Source of the DNA: Clostridia bacterium
Lineage (GTDB): Bacteria; Bacillota; Sulfobacillia; RBS10-35; Bu92
Reading direction: 5' to 3'
Assembly: GCA_019683875.1 (NCBI GenBank)
Contig: JADGHN010000001.1
Location: forward strand, 1-46,200
Length of the DNA: 46,200 nucleotides
This document shows positions 9,401 to 17,839 of this stretch, in pieces. The notes below the pieces were generated by a model. That model did no database searches, had not been told where the DNA came from, and saw only the letters and a program-made list of their open reading frames with translations. The position numbers and the translations under genes are program-made. Within the stretch, counting starts at the first letter, position 1. Each line of letters opens with the position of its first letter.

Positions 9401-10495
9401 GTGCCGGAACGGCGCGGTGTGCCGGACTACACGCTCCTCACCGCCACGCTGGGCCTGCTGGCGTTCGGCATCGTCATGGTCTTCTCGGCCAGTTCCGTGG
9501 TTGCGGGCGACAGCCTCGGCGACCCGGCCTTCTTCCTGAAGCGGCAGCTGGCATGGTCCGCGATCGGCCTCATCGCGCTCACCGCTGGCGCCAACATCCC
9601 GTACTGGTTCTGGCGGCGGCACGCCCGCAACCTTTTCCTCCTGACCGTCGGCCTGCTCATTCTCGTGCTTACGCCGGTCGGCATCACGAGCCACGGGTCC
9701 AGCCGCTGGCTGGGCTTCGGCACCCTCAGCTTCCAGCCCTCGGAGATGGCAAAGTTGTCGTGCGTCATGTTCTACGCCTACTGGCTGACGAAGCAGGGCC
9801 CGAAGCTGAAGAGCTTGTTCTCGGGCGCCGTGCCGTTCATGGTGACCCTCGGTGCGGTGGCGGGGCTCATCCTGCTGGAGCCGGACCTGGGGACGGCCGC
9901 CGCGCTCAGCGCGACCGCGTTTCTCATGTTCTTCTTCGCGGGGGTGCCGATTCGCCACCTGGTGGGCGTCGCCGCGCTGGCCGCGCCCGCCGCGGTCTAC
10001 GCGATCTTCGGCGAGCCGTACCGGCGGGAACGCTTCTTCGCCTTCCTGAATCCCTTCGCGGATCCGCTCGGCAACGGCTACCACATCATCCAGGGCCTGT
10101 ACGCGTTGGGCTCCGGCGGCCTGTTCGGCGTGGGGCTGGGCGGGTCCGTGCTGAAGCGGTACTATCTGCCCGAGCGCCACACCGACTTCATCTTCGCGAT
10201 CGTCGGCGAGGAACTCGGGTTCCTCGGCGGCTTCCTGATCATCGCGCTGTTCACGGTCATCGCCTGGCGGGGCTACCGGATCGCCGTCATGGCGCCGGAC
10301 AGCTTCGCGGCGCTGCTCGCGGCCGGCATCACGACGATGATCCTGCTGCAGGCGCTCATCAACATGGGGGTCGTGATGTCGGTCCTGCCGATCACGGGGA
10401 TCACGCTGCCCTTCGTCAGCTTCGGCGGCTCGAGCCTCGTGTTCAGCCTGGCGGGCATGGGCGTGCTCCTGAACATCTCGAGATACATCCACTGA
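9401..10495 (+). CDS. ftsW: SEDS-family peptidoglycan polymerase FtsW/SpoVE
   Basis: About 10 TM segments, a PERHTDFIFA motif and a GITLPFVSFGGSS motif. GTG 9401 directly follows the mraY TAG, with GGGAGG upstream. Confidence 0.93.
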   Translation: MPERRGVPDYTLLTATLGLLAFGIVMVFSASSVVAGDSLGDPAFFLKRQLAWSAIGLIALTAGANIPYWFWRRHARNLFLLTVGLLILVLTPVGITSHGSSRWLGFGTLSFQPSEMAKLSCVMFYAYWLTKQGPKLKSLFSGAVPFMVTLGAVAGLILLEPDLGTAAALSATAFLMFFFAGVPIRHLVGVAALAAPAAVYAIFGEPYRRERFFAFLNPFADPLGNGYHIIQGLYALGSGGLFGVGLGGSVLKRYYLPERHTDFIFAIVGEELGFLGGFLIIALFTVIAWRGYRIAVMAPDSFAALLAAGITTMILLQALINMGVVMSVLPITGITLPFVSFGGSSLVFSLAGMGVLLNISRYIH

Positions 10496-10520
10496 ATCCA
10501 ACGCGTGAGGAGTGCGTGAC

Positions 10521-11657
10521 ATGCGTCTGCTGGTGACCGGGGGCGGCACGGGGGGCCACATCTACCCGGCCATCGCGATCGCCAAGCGGGTCCTGGAGAA
10601 GGAGCCGGACTGCCAGGCGCTCTTCGCGGGCACGGCCGAGGGCATGGAACGCGACCTGGCGCGCCGCGCGGGCCTGCCCTTCGCCGCCATCCCGGCACGG
10701 GGCGTGATCGGAAAGTCGCCGGTCGAGCAGTTGCGGGGGGTGGCGGCGGCCGGAGCGGGTTTCCTGGCCGCGCTTCGCCTCGTCCGGCGCTTCCGGCCCG
10801 ATGTGGTCGTGGGCACCGGCGGCTACGCTTCGGGGCCCGTCGTGGCCGCGGCGGCCGCGCTGCGCGTGCCGACGCTCATCCACGAGCAGAACGTGTTTCC
10901 CGGCGTGACGAACCGCCTGCTGTCGCGCGCGGTCACGTGCGTCGCCATCCCGCACCCGGACGCGGCGAGGCACTTTCCGCGCCGTGCGCGCCTGTGGCTG
11001 ACCGGCAACCCGGTGCGCCCCGAAGTCCTTTCGGCGGACCGGGCGGCGGCCCGCCGCCGCCTCGGCCTCGGCCCGGAACAGAAGCTTCTCGTGATCGTGA
11101 TGGGCAGCCGCGGGTCGGCGACCGTCAACCGCGTCGTCGCCGCCGCCCTGCCGGATCTCCTGGCGGAGCGCCGCGTCACGGTGTTCTGGGTCACCGGCGC
11201 GGCCCATCACGAGGCCGTCCGCGAGATGCTCGACCCGCGGATGATTTCGGAAAACCAGGGAAAATTACGCATTGAGCCTTACGTGCACGACCTGCCCGAC
11301 GTGCTCGCGGCCAGCGACCTGGTCGTCGCGCGCGCGAGCGCGATCACGCTGGCCGAGATCGCGGCCCTCGGCCGGCCTTCGCTCCTCGTCCCGTCGCCGT
11401 ACGTGGCGCAGCGCCATCAGGACTACAACGCGCAACCGTTCGCGCGCGAAGGGGCGGCGGTCGTGGCCGCGGAGGCCGAGCTCGACGGGCCGGCGCTCGC
11501 CGCGAGAGCGCTGACGCTGCTCAGGGATGACGGGCGGCTGGAGGCCATGGCGGCCGCGGCGCGCCGCCTGGCGAGGCCGGAGGCCCTCGACGTGCTCGCG
11601 GCGGGCGTCGTGGACCTCGCGCGCCGGCGTCTCCCGGACAAGCTTAAAAGGACATAA
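10521..11657 (+). CDS. murG: UDP-N-acetylglucosamine--N-acetylmuramyl-(pentapeptide) pyrophosphoryl-undecaprenol GlcNAc transferase MurG
   Basis: MRLLVTGGGTGGHIYPA N-terminus. GAGGAG lies 8 nt before ATG 10521. Confidence 0.95.
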   Translation: MRLLVTGGGTGGHIYPAIAIAKRVLEKEPDCQALFAGTAEGMERDLARRAGLPFAAIPARGVIGKSPVEQLRGVAAAGAGFLAALRLVRRFRPDVVVGTGGYASGPVVAAAAALRVPTLIHEQNVFPGVTNRLLSRAVTCVAIPHPDAARHFPRRARLWLTGNPVRPEVLSADRAAARRRLGLGPEQKLLVIVMGSRGSATVNRVVAAALPDLLAERRVTVFWVTGAAHHEAVREMLDPRMISENQGKLRIEPYVHDLPDVLAASDLVVARASAITLAEIAALGRPSLLVPSPYVAQRHQDYNAQPFAREGAAVVAAEAELDGPALAARALTLLRDDGRLEAMAAAARRLARPEALDVLAAGVVDLARRRLPDKLKRT

Positions 11658-11702
11658 ACTTATGCGTGTATGCATGCATGCGGTTGAGAAAGAGGACACC
11701 CT

Positions 11703-13085
11703 TTGAGTGAACGAACTTCCTGGCACTTCATCGGCATTGGCGGGGCGGGGATGAGCGGCCTCGCACACATCCTCCTGAACATGGGCGAAAACGTCAGCGG
11801 CTGCGATGCCTCGGACGGTTCCGCGCTGGAGAGGTTGCGCGCGCAGGGCGCCGCGGTGTGCGTCGGGCACGATCCCGCCCACCTGCGCGACGGCATGCGC
11901 GTCGTCGTCTCCTCGGCGATTCGTCCGGACGAGCCGGAACTCGTCGAGGCCCGGGCCCGCGGGCTGACCGTCGTCCACCGCGGCGATCTTTTGGCCGACC
12001 TCTTCCGCTCCCGGCGCGGCGTGGCCGTGTGCGGCACCCACGGAAAGTCCACGACCACGGGGCTCGTCGCCATGGTGCTGCGTTCCGCCGGCCTCGACCC
12101 CACGATCGTCGCCGGCGCCGACCTTCCGGACTTCGGCGGCAACGCCCACCTCGGACGTGACCCCTGGATCGTCGCGGAGGCGGACGAGAGCGACGGATCC
12201 TTCACGAAGATCGCGCCGACCGTCGCCGTCGTGACGAACATCGACGACGACCACCTCGATCACTACGGCTCCATCGACCGGTTGATCGACGCCTTCCGCA
12301 CGTTCGTGCGGCGCGTGCCCGCCGACGGCTGTGCCGTCGTATGCGGGGACGACCCGCGCAGCCGCGCGCTGGCGCCGCTCGTGCCGTCCATCGTGTACGG
12401 GCTGAGGGAGCCGGCGGAGCTGACGGCCGCCGACATCGACTCGAACGGCTGGGGTTCGCGGTTCACCGTCCTGAGGGGAGGCCGGGTTCTCGGGCGGGCC
12501 GAGATCTGCCTGCCCGGCCTGCACAACGTCTCGAACGCGCTCGCGGCGCTCGCGGCCGGCCTCGCGCTCGGACTGCCGGCGGAAGCGCTCATCCCCGGCC
12601 TCGCCGCCTTCCACGGCGCCCGCCGCCGTTTCCAGGTCCTCGGCAGGGTCGGTGACGTGACCGTCATCGACGACTACGCCCACCACCCGACGGAGATCGC
12701 CACCACGCTGCGCGCGGCCCGCGCGGTGGCCAACGGGCGCATCATCGTGCTCTTCCAGCCGCACCGGTACACGCGCACGCGCATCCTCGCCGAGGAGTTC
12801 GGCCCGGCCTTCGCCGACGCCGACCACCTGCTGCTGGCTCCCATCTATGCGGCCGGCGAGCCGCCGCTGCCGGGCGTGGACTCCACCCTGATCCACGACG
12901 CCGTCCGCCGCTTCGGCCGGCCCGAGGTGGAACTTTTCGCGGACCGCGAGGCCATGGTCCGGCACGCCGCCTCGCTGGTCCGCCCCGGGGACCTGGTCAT
13001 GTCCATGGGGGCCGGCGACATTCGCAAGGACGGCGAGCGGCTCGTGACGCTCCTCGCCGCGAGAGAGGAGCCGGTGCGCGAGTGA
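11703..13085 (+). CDS. murC: UDP-N-acetylmuramate--L-alanine ligase MurC
   Basis: FIGIGGAGMSGLA and CGTHGKSTTT motifs. The start is TTG after GAGAAAGAGGA. Confidence 0.94.
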   Translation: MSERTSWHFIGIGGAGMSGLAHILLNMGENVSGCDASDGSALERLRAQGAAVCVGHDPAHLRDGMRVVVSSAIRPDEPELVEARARGLTVVHRGDLLADLFRSRRGVAVCGTHGKSTTTGLVAMVLRSAGLDPTIVAGADLPDFGGNAHLGRDPWIVAEADESDGSFTKIAPTVAVVTNIDDDHLDHYGSIDRLIDAFRTFVRRVPADGCAVVCGDDPRSRALAPLVPSIVYGLREPAELTAADIDSNGWGSRFTVLRGGRVLGRAEICLPGLHNVSNALAALAAGLALGLPAEALIPGLAAFHGARRRFQVLGRVGDVTVIDDYAHHPTEIATTLRAARAVANGRIIVLFQPHRYTRTRILAEEFGPAFADADHLLLAPIYAAGEPPLPGVDSTLIHDAVRRFGRPEVELFADREAMVRHAASLVRPGDLVMSMGAGDIRKDGERLVTLLAAREEPVRE

Positions 13086-14038
13086 CGACACCTCCGGAAC
13101 GCGCCTCGGAAGCCCTGCATAGCATGCTGCGCGGCACCGTCTCAGAGGGTGAGCCTCTCGCGAGGCACACGACGATCCGCATCGGCGGGCCCGCGCGCTG
13201 GTTCGTCGAGCCGGCCGACGAGGACGACCTCGTCCGAACCCTTGAGTGGTGCCACAAGCACGGCGTCGCCTACACGGTGATCGGGTTCGGCAGCAACCTG
13301 CTCGTTCCCGACTCCGGATTCGACGGCGTCGTGATCTCGCTGCTGAAGGCGGCCAATTGGGCCCGGTTCGACGGCGCGACGATCGAGGCCGGGGCCGGCT
13401 ATCCGATCTCGCGCCTCGTGCAGGAGGCGGCGCGTCGCGGCCTGGCCGGGTTGCTCGGCCTGGCGGGCATCCCCGGCACCGTCGGCGGCGCCGTGGCGAT
13501 GAACGCCGGCACGCCGTACGGGGAGATCAAGGACGTCGTGGAGAGCGTGCGCTATCTCGCGCCTGACGGACGCATCGTCGAGGCCGCGCGCGAGGAGATC
13601 CGCTTCCGCTACCGGCACAGCCGGTTCCTTGAGGAGCCGTCGATCGTCCTCGCCGCGCGGCTGAAGCTGGAGCCCGCCGACGCGGCGGAGCAGGTGCGGG
13701 CGCTGCGCGACTACCTGGCGCGCCGCAACGCCGCGCAACCCGTGGAGTGGCCGAACACCGGCAGCGTGTGGACGAACCCGCCCGGCGACTACGCCGGTCG
13801 CCTGATCGAGGAGGCCGGCCTGAAGGGCGCCCGCCGCGGCGGTGCCCAGATCTCGCCGAAACATGCGAATTTCATCGTCAACTTGGGCGGCGCGAGCGCC
13901 GACGACGTGATCGGCCTGATGGCCAAGGCGCGCGCCGAAGTTCTCCGGCGTCGAGGAATCTTGCTCCAGCCCGAGGTCCGGTGGCTGGAGGGCCAGGAGG
14001 TGCTGGAACGGCGGCTTGCCGAGCCTCCTGGCGGGTGA
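13082..14038 (+). CDS. murB: UDP-N-acetylenolpyruvoylglucosamine reductase MurB
   Basis: FAD-binding PCMH-type N-terminus (TTIRIGGPARWFV, GFGSNLLV) and a MurB C-terminal domain. There is a GTGA overlap with murC. Confidence 0.93.
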   Translation: MTTPPERASEALHSMLRGTVSEGEPLARHTTIRIGGPARWFVEPADEDDLVRTLEWCHKHGVAYTVIGFGSNLLVPDSGFDGVVISLLKAANWARFDGATIEAGAGYPISRLVQEAARRGLAGLLGLAGIPGTVGGAVAMNAGTPYGEIKDVVESVRYLAPDGRIVEAAREEIRFRYRHSRFLEEPSIVLAARLKLEPADAAEQVRALRDYLARRNAAQPVEWPNTGSVWTNPPGDYAGRLIEEAGLKGARRGGAQISPKHANFIVNLGGASADDVIGLMAKARAEVLRRRGILLQPEVRWLEGQEVLERRLAEPPGG

Positions 14039-15330
14039 TGGAACGGGAGGCTGGCGCGGTGGACCATCTCCTCATTCAAGGCGGCACGCCCCTGTCCGGC
14101 GAGACGCGCATCGGAGGGGCCAAGAACGCGGTGCTGCCCGCCCTCGCAGCGACCGTGCTGGCCGCCGACACCACGACGCTCCTCAACGTCCCCGGCCTGC
14201 GTGACGTCGATGGCATGATGGCGATCCTTCGCGGCCTGGGCGCGGCCGTCCGCGAGGAGCTCGACGGCGGCCAGCGCGCGATCACGGTGGACGCCCGCAA
14301 CCTCGCATCCTCGGTCATCCCCGACGAGCTCATGCGGCAGATGCGGTCGTCCATCTTCATCATGGGTGCGCTTCTCGCCCGGTGCGGCGAGGTGACCGTC
14401 ACCCAGCCCGGCGGCTGTTCCATCGGGCCGCGGCCGATCGACCTGCACATCTCCGGGCTCCGGCGCATGGGCGCCGAGATCGAGGAGGCCGGCGGGCACC
14501 TGCGCGCCAGGGCGCGGCGCCTGCGCGGCGCCGACATCACGCTCACGTTCCCGAGCGTCGGCGCCACGGAGAACCTCATGATGGCGGCGACCCTCGCCGA
14601 GGGCACGACCGTCATCCGCAACGCGGCGCGGGAGCCGGAGATCGTCGACCTGGCGCAGCTGCTCACGGCCATGGGGGCGCGGATCCAAGGCGCCGGAAGC
14701 GACATCGTCGAGGTTCGCGGCGTCCGGCGCCTGCGGGGCGCGACCCACCGCATCATCCCGGACCGCATCGAGGCCGGCACGTACCTGCTGGCCATCGCCG
14801 CGACGGGCGGCGACGGCGCTGTCACGGGCGCCCGGCCGGACCATCTGGACGCATTGCTCGCCTTCCTTCGTGATACCGGCGCGACCGTCGAAACGGACGC
14901 CGAGCGGATCCGCGTGCGCGGCCCAGAGCGGCCGCAGGCCGCGGACCTGCGCACCCTGCCGTATCCCGGCTTCCCCACGGACCTGCAGAATCCCGCGCTT
15001 GCGTATCTCCTGCGCGCCGACGGAACGAGCGTCGTGACCGAGACCGTTTTCGAGAGCCGCTTCCGCGTGGCCGATGAGCTCCGGCGCATGGGCGCGTCCC
15101 TGCACGTGGACGGCCGAACCGCCATCGTCCGCGGCGTGCCGCGGCTGACCGGCGCGTGGGTGGAGGCGCACGAGTTGCGCGGCGGCGCCGCGCTGGTCAT
15201 CGCCGCCCTGTCGGCGGAGGGGGAGAGCCGCATCGACGGCGTGGCGCACATCGACCGCGGCTACGAGCGGATCGAGGAGAAGCTGAAGGCCCTCGGCGCG
15301 CGGATCCGGCGCAGGCTGCCGGGTCAGTGA
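14038..15330 (+). CDS. murA: UDP-N-acetylglucosamine 1-carboxyvinyltransferase MurA
   Basis: RIGGAKNAVLP, and the active-site Cys in QPGGCSIGPRPIDLH. ATG 14038 overlaps the murB TGA by 1 nt; an in-frame GTG at 14035 is also possible. Confidence 0.93.
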   Translation: MEREAGAVDHLLIQGGTPLSGETRIGGAKNAVLPALAATVLAADTTTLLNVPGLRDVDGMMAILRGLGAAVREELDGGQRAITVDARNLASSVIPDELMRQMRSSIFIMGALLARCGEVTVTQPGGCSIGPRPIDLHISGLRRMGAEIEEAGGHLRARARRLRGADITLTFPSVGATENLMMAATLAEGTTVIRNAAREPEIVDLAQLLTAMGARIQGAGSDIVEVRGVRRLRGATHRIIPDRIEAGTYLLAIAATGGDGAVTGARPDHLDALLAFLRDTGATVETDAERIRVRGPERPQAADLRTLPYPGFPTDLQNPALAYLLRADGTSVVTETVFESRFRVADELRRMGASLHVDGRTAIVRGVPRLTGAWVEAHELRGGAALVIAALSAEGESRIDGVAHIDRGYERIEEKLKALGARIRRRLPGQ

Positions 15331-15422
15331 GGCCCTGGGGAGGGAAGACCGGTCCCGGTTGTCCCCGCTGCGGCGAACCCGTACACTAGCCATGCGGGTT
15401 TGAGGAGGAGGGCGGTCGCCGC

Positions 15423-16145
15423 ATGGCCGACGTGGACGGCTGGGCCAAGGAACCCTTCGTGCGGGATCTCTTCAACCAGATCGCGCGGCGGTACGACGCG
15501 ATGAACCTCCTCATGACCGCCGGCGCCTACCGGTACTGGCAGTGGCGTTTCCGCAAGCTCGCCGCTCTCCAGGGCCACGAGCGCGTGCTGGACGTCGGCA
15601 CCGGCACGGCCGACCTGTGCCTGCTTCTGGCGCCGGACCTGAACGGCGGCGGGCGCATCCTGGGTCTGGACCTCGCCGAGGAGATGCTCCGCGTGGCCCG
15701 TGCGAAAGTGGCGCGCAGCCCGTACCGCGACCGCATCGAACTCCTCCAGGGCAACGCGCTGAGCCTGCCGTTCCCCGACGAATCGTTCGACGTCGTCACC
15801 ACGGCGTTCGCCATGCGCAACTTCGCCGGCCTTGAACGGGCCCTGGCGGAGATGCGCCGCGTGCTGAAGCCGGGCGGCCGCCTTCTGGCCATGGAGCTCA
15901 CGCAGCCGCCTTCGAAGCTCGTGAGCGTGCCGTACTTCTTCTATTTCCGTCGCATCCTGCCGCTTATGGGCCTCTGGGCGAAGAAGACGGGACCGTACGC
16001 GCCGTACGCCTGGCTGCCGGCCTCCCTGCAGCGCCACCCGGACGCGCCGGGCGTGGCGCGCATCATGCGGGACGTGGGCTGGCGGGATGTCCGGTGGACG
16101 TACCTGACGATGGGCATCGTCGCCGTACACCAGGCGACGAAGTGA
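15423..16145 (+). CDS. ubiE: demethylmenaquinone/ubiquinone C-methyltransferase (UbiE/MenG family)
   Basis: YDAMNLLMTAG, the SAM motif VLDVGTGTADL, and LKPGGRLLAMEL. GAGGAGGAGGG lies upstream of the ATG. Confidence 0.88.
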   Translation: MADVDGWAKEPFVRDLFNQIARRYDAMNLLMTAGAYRYWQWRFRKLAALQGHERVLDVGTGTADLCLLLAPDLNGGGRILGLDLAEEMLRVARAKVARSPYRDRIELLQGNALSLPFPDESFDVVTTAFAMRNFAGLERALAEMRRVLKPGGRLLAMELTQPPSKLVSVPYFFYFRRILPLMGLWAKKTGPYAPYAWLPASLQRHPDAPGVARIMRDVGWRDVRWTYLTMGIVAVHQATK

Positions 16146-16230
16146 CGCGGGCGGGATGGTGTCACGCGGTCGCGTCGCGCGATCGCGTCGCGGGCCCCGC
16201 CGCGCGATTGCCCCGCGGATCCCGCCGCGG

Positions 16231-16860
16231 TCACGCGCGGCCCAGGAGGCGCAGGAACTCCATGCGCGCGGCCTCGTCCTGCGCGAACACGCCGCGCACG
16301 GCCGTCGTGGTCGTGATCGTCCCCGGTTTCTGGACGCCGCGCATCGTCATGCAGAAGTGCTCCGCCTCGACGACGACCATCGCGCCCTTCGGACGCAGGA
16401 CGGCCATGATCGCGTCCGCCACCTCGGTGGTGAGGCGTTCCTGGATCGTCATGCGGCGGGCCGCCCGCTCCACGAGGCGCGCGAGCTTGGACAGGCCCAC
16501 GACCCGGCCGTCCGGCAGGTACCCGACGTGCGCCTGCCCGAAGAACGGCATCAGGTGGTGCTCGCAGAGGGCGTAGAACGGAATCGCGCGCACCATCACC
16601 AGTTCCTGGTGGTCCTCGGCGAACGTGGTGGAGAGTTCCGCTTTCAGATCGGCGCCCTGCCCGACGAGCAGCTCCTCCAGGTACATCTTGGCCACGCGTC
16701 GCGGCGTTTCCCTGAGGCCCTCGCGTTCCGGGTCCTCGCCGAGGTCCCGAAGCAGGCGGCGGATGTCCTCCTCCACCTTCCGCAGGCGCGCCTCGTGCGT
16801 CATCGCGACGGCGGCGGCGTGCTCCGTTCCCTCGGACCGGGTGATGTCGGCGTCGTTCAT
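16231..16860 (-). CDS. folE: GTP cyclohydrolase I (FolE)
   Basis: ETPRRVAKMY, the CEHHLMPF zinc/active-site motif, and MVVVEAEHFCMTMRGV. ATG 16860->16858 overlaps the upstream regulator stop (ATGA). Confidence 0.93.
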   Translation of the reverse strand: MNDADITRSEGTEHAAAVAMTHEARLRKVEEDIRRLLRDLGEDPEREGLRETPRRVAKMYLEELLVGQGADLKAELSTTFAEDHQELVMVRAIPFYALCEHHLMPFFGQAHVGYLPDGRVVGLSKLARLVERAARRMTIQERLTTEVADAIMAVLRPKGAMVVVEAEHFCMTMRGVQKPGTITTTTAVRGVFAQDEAARMEFLRLLGRA

Positions 16861-17576
16861 CGTGTCTCCCCGCTTTCCATCGGCGTTCCCTGTGACCACG
16901 CGTGCTCGAATGCGGCTTCCAGCCATCGGACGAGGCCGGGCAGGTCGCCGTACACCGCGGTGGGCGGCTCCGCGGCGAGGTCGGCCCACAGCGCCGACGT
17001 TCCGTCCTGCGTGAGGAGCAGCGTGTGGGCCGGAAGCGTCCGCGCCGCCCGCATGATCTCCCCGCGGCAGGCGCCGCACGGCCGCGCGCACCCGGCCAGG
17101 CACAGCGTGCGCAGCCGGACGCCGCGCTCGGCCGCGGCCGCGATCGCCGGCGCGAGCGGCCGCGCCTCTGAGGGCGTGGGCGCGACGAGCGCCTCGCGCC
17201 GCGCGCCGGCCAGGAGCCCCCGGGCCAGGTTGAAGACGGCCTCGACGTCGTGGGTCTGGCCGAAGACGCAAGGGCGGCGGGCGGGCCGCATCTCTCCGAG
17301 ACGCTCGCGCACGCCGTCGACGAGGTGGACGTAGTCGTCGACCATGCGCCGCGCGATGCGCTCGAACGGCACCGCGCGGCAGACGCCCCGGCCGCCGCGC
17401 ACGACGGCCCCACGCCGCTCAAGCCGCTGCAGGGCGGCGTAGACGTTGGCCCGCGCGAGCTTCGTCTGCTTGGCGATCTCGTAGCCCGTCGCTTCCGAGA
17501 GCTCCACGAGCGCGAGGTACACGCGCGCCTCCGTCTCCGTCCACCCGACCGTCACCAGCGCATCGACGGTGTCCAC
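16857..17576 (-). CDS. TrmB-family winged-helix transcriptional regulator with an internal CX3CX3CX2C motif
   Basis: TETEARVYLALVELSEATGYEIAKQTKLARANVYAALQRLERRGAV is a TrmB-type HTH. The likely start is the GTG at 17576 (V53 of track ORF 16857..17732). Confidence 0.7.
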   Translation of the reverse strand: MDTVDALVTVGWTETEARVYLALVELSEATGYEIAKQTKLARANVYAALQRLERRGAVVRGGRGVCRAVPFERIARRMVDDYVHLVDGVRERLGEMRPARRPCVFGQTHDVEAVFNLARGLLAGARREALVAPTPSEARPLAPAIAAAAERGVRLRTLCLAGCARPCGACRGEIMRAARTLPAHTLLLTQDGTSALWADLAAEPPTAVYGDLPGLVRWLEAAFEHAWSQGTPMESGETR

Positions 17577-17678
17577 TCGCTGCCAAGCCTCCCGGCCGTA
17601 GCCCCGGGCGCGCCGCCCGCGGCCGTGTTCCGTGCCGCCCGCGCCCCATGCGATCCACGGCGCGGCGCGGCGACAGAA

Positions 17679-17698
17679 GTAGTTGTTCGAGAAACTAC
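17679..17698. promoter_or_regulatory. AT-rich inverted repeat GTAGTT-N8-AACTAC in the divergent regulator/hemA intergenic region
   Basis: Perfect 6-bp arms at 17679..17684 and 17693..17698, inside one of the few AT-rich patches of the window. Confidence 0.35.
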
Positions 17699-17771
17699 CA
17701 TAGGTCGTCGCGGATGTCCAGCAAGCGATCAAGCGACGAAAGATGGGCCGTTCGGCAAGGCCGATGTCAAC

Positions 17772-17801
17772 TTGCGGCCGTTCTCGTGCTTGGCCTAAGA
17801 T
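17772..17801 (+). promoter_or_regulatory. possible sigma-A promoter of the hem operon
   Basis: TTGCGG (17772..17777), an 18-nt spacer and TAAGAT (17796..17801), about 40 nt upstream of the hemA GTG. Confidence 0.3.
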
Positions 17802-17839
17802 GGGTGCGGCCGAAACCGAGGCGAAGCGGGGCGAATCGC

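Noticed and set aside
16146-16230. GC-rich palindromes (TCGCGCGA, CGCGATCGCG) between convergent ubiE and folE, considered as a bidirectional terminator.
   Set aside because: There is no U/T tract on either strand, and such palindromes are frequent in this composition.
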